DNA of 64,000 nucleotides from Octopus sinensis. Taxonomy: Eukaryota. Location: positions 19,964,001 to 20,028,000 of the forward strand of contig NC_043004.1 of assembly GCF_006345805.1 (NCBI RefSeq), read 5' to 3'. The position numbers and the translations under genes were made by a program. The notes under the pieces were generated by a model. It was given only the letters and a program-made list of their open reading frames with translations. It did no database searches and was not told the DNA's origin. Of this stretch, positions 49,988-61,576 are shown piece by piece (positions within the stretch are counted from its first letter, which is position 1; every line of letters starts with the position of its first letter).

Positions 49988-50437
49988 GGATCTATTCGGT
50001 TTGAACGGCAGTTTTTTTCTAGCGGTGTCATATGAAATTGTCACCAATAATTATGACCCTAGTATCGATCTATTGCATTTCAATCTATTTTAGGATTAGG
50101 GTTAGCTCGGGTTAGTTAGGGTTAGTTAGGGTTATGGTTAGGGGTGGGGGAAGGGTATCTTTTTTCTTCACAAATGTAAATAAACCCAGTCTGTTTCTTA
50201 AACGAGGGACATATTCATACGGCACAGAATGATGTTTACCTCAATGGACGTCAGTGATTGGTTGAAATTGCAGAAATTGAAGAAAAAAACAACAAATATC
50301 TTATAAATTATAGAATTTTCTCAATAACGCCAAGAGAAAAAATGTTTTATAAACACATTCTACCAGTATACGAAGTTTAAAATTTTTTAGTTACCTAGAA
50401 ATTATGTTAAAAACTGCCGTTCAAACCGAAAAGATCC
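49988..50437. mobile_element. Unclassified 450-bp MITE with 29-bp TIRs and internal TTAGGG-like repeats
   Basis: GGATCTATTCGGTTTGAACGGCAGTTTTT ... AAAAACTGCCGTTCAAACCGAAAAGATCC (1 mismatch); possible 2-bp GA duplication; no ORF. Confidence 0.9.
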
Positions 50438-50714
50438 GACCTTGAAACTGGTTTCACACTACTCTCAAAACATCACTTCCTCCTTATTTTCTATTTAGTT
50501 GCTTACGGAAGACGCCATATTTTTACATTAATAACTTTGGAAATTAAATTTGAAAAGGTTTTCCTCTTGAATTTTAGTTTCAAAGAAGCAGGAAATAAAA
50601 GACCCAGACAACCGCGCGAAGCGTAGATAATTAGTAATAAAAAATCTTTAAATGGACGCATAAGCAGCAAACTTACATATAGCTCTCCAGTAATCACTGA
50701 CAGTACAGAGAAAA

Positions 50715-50744
50715 TGATGATGATGATAATGATCATGATAATGA

Positions 50745-50809
<65 letters not shown>

Positions 50810-50870
50810 ACAACAACAACAGTATTAATAATAATAATAATGATAATAATAATAATAATAATAATAATTA
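50715..50870. repeat. Composite trinucleotide array (TGA)n-(TAG)n-(CAA)n-(TAA)n
   Basis: Directly visible. Confidence 0.95.
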
Positions 50871-50873
50871 TAT

Positions 50874-51138
50874 GAGAATGATCCCTGGCTTACCATCCCT
50901 GCAAGAAGTGCAAAAGATTGTCTTAACTGGTACATCACACGTATTGAGAAGAGCATTGTCGATGTGAGAACTGTTGCTGCTCATGTATTTTAATTTAACT
51001 TAAAAAAAAAAAAAAAATGAACGAACTACTGAGTTTGGTTTAATGGCCTACCAATATACACTATGAGTTTCTTTGCCCTAGGAGTCGGGAAGACACTCGG
51101 CAAGAAATGGAAGAAAATTTGAAAGAAGAAAAAAAAAG
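50874..51138 (+). mobile_element. R4/Dong-type copy E, extreme 5' truncation (last ~30 codons plus 3' UTR), between (TAA)n arrays
   Basis: RMIPGLPSLQEVQKIVLTGTSHVLRRALSM* vs copy C QIPGNPKMAEIQKIVLMGTAHILRKILSM*; followed by (TAA)n at 51139-51252. Confidence 0.85.
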
Positions 51139-51209
51139 TAATAATAATAATAATAATAATAATAATTATAATAATAATGATGATGGTGATAATAATCATA
51201 ATAATAATG

Positions 51210-51252
<43 letters not shown>

Positions 51253-51254
<2 letters not shown>

Positions 51255-51808
51255 GCCCTGATACAGTACCAGGCAGTGGCTCTCATGGCTTCTGATCTTA
51301 ACTGATTGGAAGTGTTATCATGTACATTGTTTTGTCTTGGTATAAAAGATGGGCTACAGCAAATATTCTGCTCAATACCACAGATTTGCTTGTCAGTTGT
51401 TTGACCATAACCAGTTGAGCATGTCCCTTAGTGGCTGACGATATGTGCATCTCTGATCACGAGCAGGAGTAGTGGGGGAGCATCATAGCCATGTGTTGAG
51501 AGGGATTCTTTGGGGTTTGAATAATTCACCTCTGGAAACATGGGTTGTTCTTTCAACATCCTTAAACAACTCTTATTCAGGGACCTTTTGAGCGGGATGG
51601 GCTACTCAACCTGAAGAACATTCTAACTGGGCCCCACCTGCAAGGCCATGTGCTGTTTATCTTGATATGAGATCACCATGTCGCGCACATATGGTTGTGA
51701 TGCATGTGCCTGGTGTACCTTTATCAGACGGGTAGTCATGATGGGTATATTGGGCTTCGTATATTTTACCCCAGTGTCACTTTGAAGGCATGAACTGCTC
51801 TCTCACTC
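51253..51808 (+). mobile_element. Element X copy 2 (556 bp), (TAA)n on both sides
   Basis: ATGCCCTGATACAGTACCAGGCAG ... CTGCTCTCTCACTC; co-linear with 17857-18398. Confidence 0.88.
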
Positions 51809-51867
<59 letters not shown>

Positions 51868-51869
<2 letters not shown>

Positions 51870-51993
51870 GCCCTGATGCAGTACCAGGTAGCCGCTTTCG
51901 TGGTTTTTGATCTTAACTGATTGGAAGTGTTATGTACATTCGTTTGTCATGGTATAAAATATGGGCTACAGTAAATATTCTGCTCAATACCAC
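51868..51993 (+). mobile_element. Element X copy 3, truncated where the Tx1 remnant begins
   Basis: Same start ATGCCCTGATGCAGTACCAGG directly after (TAA)n at 51809-51867. Confidence 0.88.
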
Positions 51994-54900
51994 CCTATAA
52001 AACTCTAATGTGGGACTTCGAACGACCGCATTGCCCATCTGGCAGAGGGAAGTGAACACTTGCCAATACTTCATATGACAGCACCCTTTTTCGATCTACG
52101 TTTAATCCAGGACTGTAAATCCGTCAATGAGACAGAGCGGACGAAATATAAGAGAAAATATACAAAGACAGACATAAAGTACGCGTTTATATATAATCTG
52201 CATACACCGTCATTGCACTCTCATGTCTAAGTTCGAAAGGGTTGCCCCTCGACTTTTCCACCTTCCACAGCAGTGATTCGAGACCCAGCTGGTACAGGAG
52301 AGGCGACAGTGAGCAGCCGCGACCGACTGAGCATGCAATGCAAAGCGATTGCAACTAGTGGCCGTTTACTTTGATCAGCGAGCAGCTGCCGCTGAACATT
52401 GCAGCGATCTAGCCGCTGAAAACGCATTTAAAGACGGCTTCCAAGCAAAGATGGTCGACTCTATCTAACACTTTGGATTGATACAAATTGACCAGGGCCC
52501 AATAAAGCCAACTTTTGTCCCAGCCCTCGCTATGTTGTATCACATAAAGTATAGGATGTCGGGGATAGACCTGTTCGGGATTGCATAAGTTTGCGCTTCC
52601 CCGAACAAATTACCGATGGCAAGGGCCATGTGTTTCGCTAACACATTAGCCAAAATTTTATTGTCTGTTTTTAGCAGAGTTACTGGCCGAAAATTCTCAA
52701 GCAATTTCCCAATTTCGGTGTCCTTCCTCATCAGCGTTAAAACACTCCAGCTAATAGCACTAGAATTTTTTTTTTGTTCTATTGCCAGTTACAATAATCG
52801 TCTGCCAAGACGCCGCCAAACTAATCTAGCACGAACTCAGAATTCATAAGGTAGCGATTATCGGCTTATGCAATTGCTCATCGCTTCCGATGTTTCAGCA
52901 GCCGTTATCAGCCTTTCACTAAATTTCGCAGTAGGCCGTTCACATACGAACTAAAGTCCGCTACCATCGTCGACTAATCACCCTCCCAAAACAGCCCCAT
53001 GAAAGGCTTCCGGAAAGCCGCAGTTATCTGTTTAGAACCTCGTAGCATGTGCCTGAAACGATCTATATAAGACCTGATCGTGGTTTTGTTGCCACAATAC
53101 GCCTCCACTGTCTAAGTCAATCGAACGGCTTTACTCACCTTGTGTTTTAGATCACAGGACTTTACTTTCACAACACAGCTTTCGTGTTTCGTCCCGAAGA
53201 AATGGTCGAGAGCCATTTTCGCCGTTGCACAAAGGTCTCAATGCTTTTGCTGATCGAATCGCCTCTTCTCGTTTGCTAACCTCTAATCTATTGTTTTCTA
53301 TTGTCAATCTTTTGGTAAACGCTATCGATTCTATTATAATAGCTCTCTTCAGGGTGATCCACCACCGGTTGTTGACGATTACTCTCGTCTGCGCTTAACT
53401 AGTTCACTAATCCGGTTAGCATAGTCATTGCGTGCTGGGAGGGAGGCGTTCGCCTTCCAGTAACCGGGTTTATGTTCACAGGTCCTATCTAATCGTCTGT
53501 GCAGATCACAAATTTGTTGTCTACGTAGCTGACCGATTTCAATTGTGGACAATCTACGCTTATCCTATCCACTGACATAAAAATACGATGTAAATGACGC
53601 GTTTTGTTTGCTACATGTCCACACTAGTACATCTGCGAAATCCAGTCGATATCTGTCCGACAGCTGGAAGTTTCTGAACAGGTTTTCAAGGCTTTTGCAC
53701 CTGTTTCTGTTTTGTACTAGTCCCACACAGTCCTTCGTGCGTCCAAAATAATTCTCATTCCCCAACTAGTATCAAAGTGTAATAGGTTCCCAAAATTGTT
53801 TCTGCTTCGAAACCGAACCCAGGCCACGCACATTCACTTATATCACTTTCAGTGCATGCCTGTTCGTTAGTCGGAGAAACAAAATAAGAGAGATCACTCA
53901 CCTTGATTTTCGAGGAGTCCGCGTATTCCGGACTCCTCTTCAGGCGAATGTTTTTTAGACGGTCTTTCTAATAGTCTTTTATCGATAGTTTCTTTTTATA
54001 ATCCCCACATTAGCTGTTAATTTTTCCCGTATTGTTCTGTAAAATCCGAAGACGTTCAAATTGAAAGTTTGTTTTTCGGGAGTTTGAGAGTGAAATTCTC
54101 AAATTCCTCGCCTTCTATTTTGTTTTTATGTTTATTCTCATCCATCAACTAACGCTTGCTTTTATTCACGTTAAAATTGATGATTTTCTGTAGATTTTAA
54201 ATTTTCATTTAAACATTGTAGTTTTGATTAGTGTTTACTTGCTTTTGTTGATGGCGTTGTCGTTGATGTTGTTGTTGTTATTTTTTATGTTGCTGGTATT
54301 GCTGCTGTTGTTGTTGTTGTTGTTATTATTGTAGTTAATGTTGATGTTGCTCTAATTGTTGGTGTTGCTGTTATTGTTGACGTTGCTGCTGCTATTGTTT
54401 TTGTTGTTGACGAGATTGCTGTTGTTGGAGTAGTTGGGAAGCGGACCGAAGATGGTGTTTTTGTGTTTGTAGTTACTTTTGTTGAGCTCTCAGAATGGGG
54501 ATCCTCATTCTTTTTCTCTTTGATCCTTTGGCGACTGTTTGTCATCTTTAAGCCTGATCGTTCTTCTACAAGTAATTTCCCAAGGAATTGATGGTAGATG
54601 GCGAAATCTGGCCGAAAGCGGAATTTGAGATAGTATTCTGTTTGCTGAGCAGAAGTTTAAGAAGAGCTTGCTCGTTAGTGGGAGAAGGGACCAAACTTTT
54701 CTGTTACCAAAGTTTCGGTGTAGAGATCCTGAACTGATCATGGGGTTGTTCTAGATGCGGCCGTGGAGTTGTCAACAAGCGTGGTTTCTTTAATTTAGGG
54801 CAGAAAACCTTTTAGTGAGTTGTACTGTTACAGGTGTAATACCTAGTCTCTTTACTCTCAACCACAGCTCTCCTGGGCTCAACGCCTTTTATGTAAACAT

Positions 54901-56035
54901 ATACAGCTTTTCTACATGGAATCTACACAGCTTTTCTACATGGAATCTACACAGCTTTTCTACAATCAGCAGCATTTCCTTTTCCACTCGAACCACTGAC
55001 ATACATTCTTTCAAGCCGGATTTCAAAGTATTATCCCAGAATACTGGATGTTAATGGCTGGTGTCAAATTCCAAAGACTAGCCTTATTTACTCATATCCC
55101 CAGAAAAGATGGGATGAAAATCTATTCATCGGAGGAGCAAGTGTGCAAGGCCATCTTTCGCGCTGCCTCTTTGCTGTGACAAATAATAACGAGAGATACA
55201 AATTCTCAAGTTTTTCTGGCATGCCAAATCGAACCCCAAACATCTTTCAGACGTTTTTGTGCCTGTGCTAGAGTCGGAGTTTTGATCCACCTGGTCTTCT
55301 TATTAAGATAACTGTAGATGTCATTTTTATAATCTGATCTTTTGGAAAGGAGATAAAACAAGATTTGGTTTTATCAGGTATTTTCGGAAATCTTTATCAA
55401 AATAACTGTTGAAGGAGTGTTCCACACATCTCTGTTCAGGAATGTTGGTGAAAAGTGCATTAGATTTGTTGTTGTTGTTGCGACTGATGTTGTTTGTTTA
55501 TACTATTGTAGGACGTTAAGAATTTTCTCCTGTTTCTCCCGCAATGCATTATTGTTGTTATTGATGTAACTGTTGCTGCTATTGTTCTTGTTGCTGGCTT
55601 CCACACTTTTTCTACTCTTTTCCACTTCAAACTGGGTGTTTTTGTTGTTGTCGCTGCAGTTGTTGTTGATAGAATTAGTTTTTAAGAATTTTCTGTTGAA
55701 ATATTCTACCTTGTAAAGAATGTCAACATCTCTCGTGTTAAAAACAGGCTTATATTCTGTTTTGCCAATGGAACGACATAGTAGTCGCGCTCACTCCTCC
55801 TTTCACCACAGCTTGATGATGATCCTCACACTCTTCCCCTCTCTTACGATCGTCATTGAGTCGAATGAAATTTTCTCCTCGGAAAATCGTAAACTTTTTG
55901 CAATACTAAATTAAGTCGAGATTTTCCCCAAGACTGAGGGACAACACAAGAAGCGAAAGTCACGACTCACCTATCAGTAGAAAATAATTTGCTATCCTTG
56001 GTTTCACCGATAAAATTTCGGAGTGAGGTCAAGTC
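51994..56035 (-). mobile_element. Tx1/L1-clade LINE with 5' end, ORF1 remnant and deleted/decayed ORF2 (APE + RT)
   Basis: APE start VNVRGL (~53840) and SDRYRLDF..WT; RT ENFRPVTLLKTDNKILANVLAK..QTYAIPNRSI, LVNLYQSK..DRVDH, GCSLSPLLY; post-RT piece SLTDLQSWIKRR matches 7690-7830; Thr-rich ORF1 upstream. The 5' boundary is inferred. Confidence 0.8.
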
Positions 56036-56109
56036 TGACTTGCGAAGCTGACGGTCATTAACAACAACAACAACAACATTAATAATAAGCAGCCTGCAGA
56101 GGATTGCAG

Positions 56110-57429
56110 TTACCATCAGGAGAGGCCATGGGTGAACCCGACGGTAGTGGGTATAGATATTTAGGTATTTTGGAGCTGGATGAAATGAAAGTCAAGATCA
56201 GCGAGGCGTATCAAAAAAGGTGAAGATGATGTTGAAATCCAACATGAGCGGCAAAGATTTGATTACTGCAATGAATTTCTGGGCAGTTTCGGTGGTCAGA
56301 TATAGTGCGTCGATCCTCAAATGGACTAAGGAGGAAATATCAGCACTGGATAGAAGGACGACAAAGTTAATGACGCTGCATGAGGCACTACACCATAAAG
56401 CAAACGTAAACAGACTGTATATGAAAAGAAAGAATGGTGACAGAGGTCTAATTAGTACAGACCATTCTATAAAGAGTGAAAGGAGAACGCTTGGCGAGTA
56501 TTTGATAAATAGTGATGAAGACCTGATGCAATATGCTGCTTAACATATGGGTGTAAATGCAGAAAAAATGATGAGACAAAAGAAGACCTTCTTGAACTGA
56601 GAATGTATGGACAGTTTGAAAGGAATACACAACACGTTAAGAATAATACAGTATCGTGGGCATGGTCTGAGCGAGGTGATTTGAAGCATACCACCGAAAG
56701 CCTGATCATTGCTGCACAAGACCAGGCTCTCGCCACCAGCTCATTGAAGTATAACATCTATAAAACTTCTGACACCCAGAAATGCAGACTCAGGGGAAAG
56801 AGTGCGGAAAATGTGACCCACTTAGTAAGTGGATGTGATAGCCTTCCACAAAAAAGAATGCAAACGCCACCATGATAAAATGTGTATCTTCATTGGCTCT
56901 TATGCCGTAAATACCAATATGAATTAACAGAGAACTGGTATGAGCATGTACCTAGTAAAGATACGCAGGAGAATAGAAAAGTAAAGATACTCTGGGACTG
57001 TGATTTTCAGACGGATTGTGTAATCGAACACCGTCGGCCGGATATTGTCATATTGAATAAGAGAGACAAATGCTGTCAGATCATTGATGTAGCTATACCA
57101 AATGACATGAATGTTGCGAGTAAAGAAGTTTAAAAAATCACCAAGTACTCCGAATTGAAAGTAGAAATGGCAAGAGTGTATGGGATGCGAGAAGGTAGTG
57201 TAAAAGTGATAGCAGTGGTTATCGGAGCGTTGAGCTCAATGACATTGATACTTCAAAACCTTTTAAGGCAAGTGGAAATCCCTTGCAAGATTGATATTTT
57301 GCAAAAAAAACAGCCTTATTGGGCACAGCGCACATCTTAATGAAATTATTATCTGTCTGAGGTCCTTGCTGTGACTTGATAGATGACTAAATACTCCGGT
57401 GCATTTTTACCTACAGTGTGCTACGAAGA

Positions 57430-57430
<1 letters not shown>
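56110..57430 (+). mobile_element. R4/Dong-type copy H (RT end to RLE, 3' UTR), followed by (TAA)n
   Basis: GYRYLGILE, AMNFWAVSVVRYS, NRLYMKRKNGDRGL, ESLIIAAQDQAL, KCRL..ENVTHLVSGC, NWYEH, RRPDIV..IIDVAIP, VVIGAL; several frameshifts. Confidence 0.92.
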
Positions 57431-57479
<49 letters not shown>

Positions 57480-57495
57480 TAATAATAACAACAAG

Positions 57496-57560
<65 letters not shown>

Positions 57561-57585
57561 CAAGAACAACAACAACAACAACAAC

Positions 57586-57638
<53 letters not shown>

Positions 57639-57765
57639 AAATGAAGAAGAAGAAGAAGAAGAGGAGGAGGAGGAGGAGGAGGAGGCAGAAGAAGAAGAAG
57701 AAGAAGAAGAAGAAGAAGAAGAAGAAGAAGAAGAAGAAGAAGAAGAAGACGAAGAAGAAGAAAAA
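57430..57765. repeat. Composite (TAA)/(CAA)/(GAA)/(GAG) in-phase trinucleotide array
   Basis: Directly visible. Confidence 0.97.
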
Positions 57766-59012
57766 AGTTGACATAAAAAGGAAGAATAAGATAATTTATG
57801 TTACGGAAAGAAAAATGAGAAAAAGTAACTGCAACAGGAACATCATTGACGTCACATCAGGAATGACAACTGCAACGACAACAACAACAAAAATTTACCT
57901 ACCTTAGTTCCAGAGTCAAAGGAAAAGTTAATGGGTGAAAAGCAATTTCTGGGGGAAATTGGCGGTACTATTTGAAGTCAAACAGAATTGAATCCATATC
58001 GCTGCCTCTGTTTCCAGAAATAACCTCTCCTCTAACACGTTTGCTCTACTACAACAAGCAAAAGAAGTATCTCAGCGTTGAAAAAACAGGCTATAAATTA
58101 AGATAAGATTTTTCCAATATTGTCCAAAAAAATAAAGGAGAAAAAGAAATAATGAGAAATCGATAGATATTTTGGCTAGGTGACGTCCATAAAAGAGGTT
58201 AGTGTAAATAAAATATTAAACATCATTATTCTATTGAGCGGCAAAGTAAATTAGAGTCGCACGCTAAGATCGTTTACAACCATCATTCAGATAAATATCT
58301 CCGAGCTTTATAGTTTTAGTTTTACATAGCTAATAATTTACATCAATTTTTACATCAATTTGAAATGTGAGGGGGAAAACATGTTAAGTTGAGATTCTAC
58401 TGAAGCGAAGATAAACATTAACACCGCCAAGAGAAGCCATTTATATTTATCTTTCTCTCTCTGATCAAATCACCTATAACAGCATAATGATCAAATCACT
58501 TTAGCAGTATAATGTTCGTATTTATCAGAAGGCGTGAATAAGGAGAAATAACAACGTATTTCATAGTTTTTTTTTCTTATGTACATTTCGGAAAATTGAC
58601 ACTGTAAATCTTATAAAAAAATAAATATTAAATTTGTGAATTCGAGTAACCAGGTAGAATTTTGTTTTAGGTTTTTTGTCAGGTCTGTTAGTAAAGAAAA
58701 TATTCATGGGTGGGGATGTCTAAAGCACAAATTAAGTAGCGTGCCTTCTGCAGCTTTATATACTTATACGAAAATTATATGTTCGACCCGCTTAGAGAAA
58801 TAGAGTCCATGTAGCAACGGTAGAAAAATAGAATAATATTTTTTTCTATGGAAGGCTGTTTACATAAATTTTGTATTGTTTTTTTTTTTGTTTCGGCTAT
58901 CTCCAGTACGCTTTCCATGTACAATCCATGCTCAGCAGTTTTTCCCTGATAAGTATTACAGAGAATATCTACCTGATATAGATATTAAACAGATATGATG
59001 ATAAAACACATC

Positions 59013-59167
59013 CAGGACCGTCTTAATAGAATATAGAAGCCGGGCAAATCAGTGTTCCGGGGACCTATAGACAGCAAGTCACATCATGCATAGATTAGAA
59101 TTAGGCTCCTAGGCCTGTAAGGCTCCTGGGCAACTTCGCAGTGTACCCATGGCTTAAGACAGCTCTG
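59013..59167. mobile_element. Small MITE with CAG-starting imperfect TIRs (hAT-like by termini only)
   Basis: CAGGACCGTCTTAA ... TTAAGACAGCTCTG (11/14); no convincing 8-bp TSD. Confidence 0.5.
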
Positions 59168-59599
59168 CCAATATCCTTGCCTCACATTCTTTTGGTTCAA
59201 ACAACACTTGATCTATTTTGATGGTTACCTTTTGGTTCCAGTATGACCTACCATTGACTCTGGTGTTCTTTCCGTCAAAGGCGGCTTTTTCCTGATGAGC
59301 TCTGTGGAGTACAAACTGAAATACCTCGAAGCAAGCTAATCTACGAAGCAAGCAAATATATATTTCTGCACGTGCATTCGCTCTTGTGATTGAATATTGG
59401 AGCAGGATATCACATCTTTTGTACCTCTGTTGCCTCTGAAACCAAAATACTCCTCACTGACTTCTGCATATATTTCGATTTTATTGTTCCTTGTATGACA
59501 TCCAGAACTATTTTAACAGCATGAGACATTAGACTGATAGACCTGAAGTCAGAGCACTCGTTGAGCTTGTGTTGTTTCATACGGGTAATAAATATATAG

Positions 59600-60362
59600 A
59601 GTAGATATTCAGAGAGTGAAATGAAATCATAGGACTCACTGTCAATGACACGAATATAAATAATATAAAATATGCCGATGATACAGCGTTCTTGGCAGAC
59701 AGCAATGGAAAATTATCAGAAATGGTTGATATTGTAAAAGAGCAAATGTCTAAGACAATGGTTATTAGTATGAGAGTACAAAAGGAAGTAAAGGTAGATT
59801 ATGAGAAGTTGGAACAAGTAAAATCTTCAAGTATGTAACACAATTAATAAATCAGTAAGGTCGCTGTGTAGAATTTACTCGAAGAATAAAGAATGTTAAA
59901 ATATCATTTAGTAAGAATGAAAAAAACCTTCGCATGAAACGATATAACATTGCACCGAAAATTGAGGTTACTAAATTGTTATCTTTTATCTAGTGTATCT
60001 ATAAGACAGAAAATGTACACAGCAATGGAAAAGAAAAGATGTGAATCTTTCGCATTCTGTGCATGGTAAGCTGGAAAGATAGTAACAAACGCTATGGTAC
60101 TACAAAAGACAAAAGTTCAAAGACACTATTTTCAAGAATCAATGCTGTCATATATTGGACATACAATGTGCCATGTATTACTGCTTGAAACCCTCCAAAG
60201 GAGAACTGTGGAGCGAGAGCGATCAAGAGACCATCAAAGTCGTTTGTGGGCTGACGACGACAAGGAATTGACGGAAAACCAGAACCTGGTTGTGTGCATG
60301 CAGTACACCAGACTTTTAGTAAACCGATCCTGGGGCACAGGAAAGGGACTGGACTGATGATT
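59600..60362 (+). mobile_element. RTE-clade LINE, decayed 3' fragment
   Basis: INNIKYADDTAFLADS (YADD at 59671-59682), SKTMVI, LEQVKSFKY, C-terminal region ending in a short GGACT/TGA repeat. Confidence 0.75.
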
Positions 60363-61576
60363 GCAGAGAATATCCTCACATGACAGAATATTACAACATA
60401 GAAGTACGCCGAACAGTATAATTAAGCTCTTTTGGCAATCAGATATTTCAAAGTTTTTTTCTCACTGCGCAGTTCTTTAGGCAAATGTTTATAAAATACA
60501 AGCAATCTTGCAGTGCGACTTGTTACTGTTCTTCCATGGGTAAGATAAATTGTTGACTGCTTTAATTTAGTCTATTGTACTGCAAGAAATCCGGTCGGAT
60601 AACTATCTGAAGATAATTTTCATTCATTCCAACAACTCAGAAGAACTTCATGTGTTATATAGATCTATGCTTCTTCATTTATCTTAGTTATAACCCTTAC
60701 CTCATCTCATGCTGTGTATTCCCAGTGGTTTTTATATATTTAAATTTATCATAGGATCCATTGATTTAAGCAACTCATTATAATACCCAGCTGCACACAT
60801 AAAAGTATATTCATCGGAAGATGATTTTATGGGTGCAGTACAACTCATTGTTTAAAAAAAAAACATTGATTAAAAGTATTAGTTAAAAACATTCATCAGT
60901 ATTATTTTGGAACGTTGCTTGAAAAACCACGCAATTTTATGACTTTGATTGTATGGAGTTTATAACGTTTACATTAATATTGCCATGAGAAACAGATATG
61001 AAACCAAAAGGGTGATGTTGGAGCATGTGTTTATGCGCGTGTCATTCAGAAAGATATTTAAACGAAAGAACAACGTCCTCTTCGAACTTATATTTAAAAA
61101 AGTATTCAGATAGTGCATATCCAAAAGAAAGCCAGTCTCGACTTACCAGCTGATGATCGGAAACGAGCAAATCTGAGAACTGGAAATCGGAGCATTTCTC
61201 TATACTGTATTAAAGAATAGTCATTATTTATATTTTTATTGAATCATGTAACGTATCGCTTCTGGTGAATCAGCAAAATTTAAATACACACACACACACA
61301 CACACATCGTAGTCGTCGGCGGCTTTATCTCCTATCCAAGAATATAGTTTCTTCTTTGCTGAACGCTTCCTTTATGGTGATGGTGTTGATGAGTAAGTAG
61401 ACCAATTTTCGTATGGCAATATTGGTGGCGGAACAGGTTGATTATGTCAAGCCTTTCTCTCCTATAATTCGATTTCTTGTTTTTCCTTTCGTGTTGCTTC
61501 GAAGTTTTGGGTTCCGATGATGTATACATACATACATACATACATACATTATACATTTAATATATATATATATATG

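Noticed and set aside
53895-53945. CUGAAGA...GAAA around the Tx1 hairpin as a hammerhead
   Set aside because: The stem is out of register by 2 nt and stem I has no partner; kept only as a hairpin.
59291-59320. CTGATGAG-CTC-tgtg-GAG hammerhead-like start
   Set aside because: GAAA core and stems I/III are absent.
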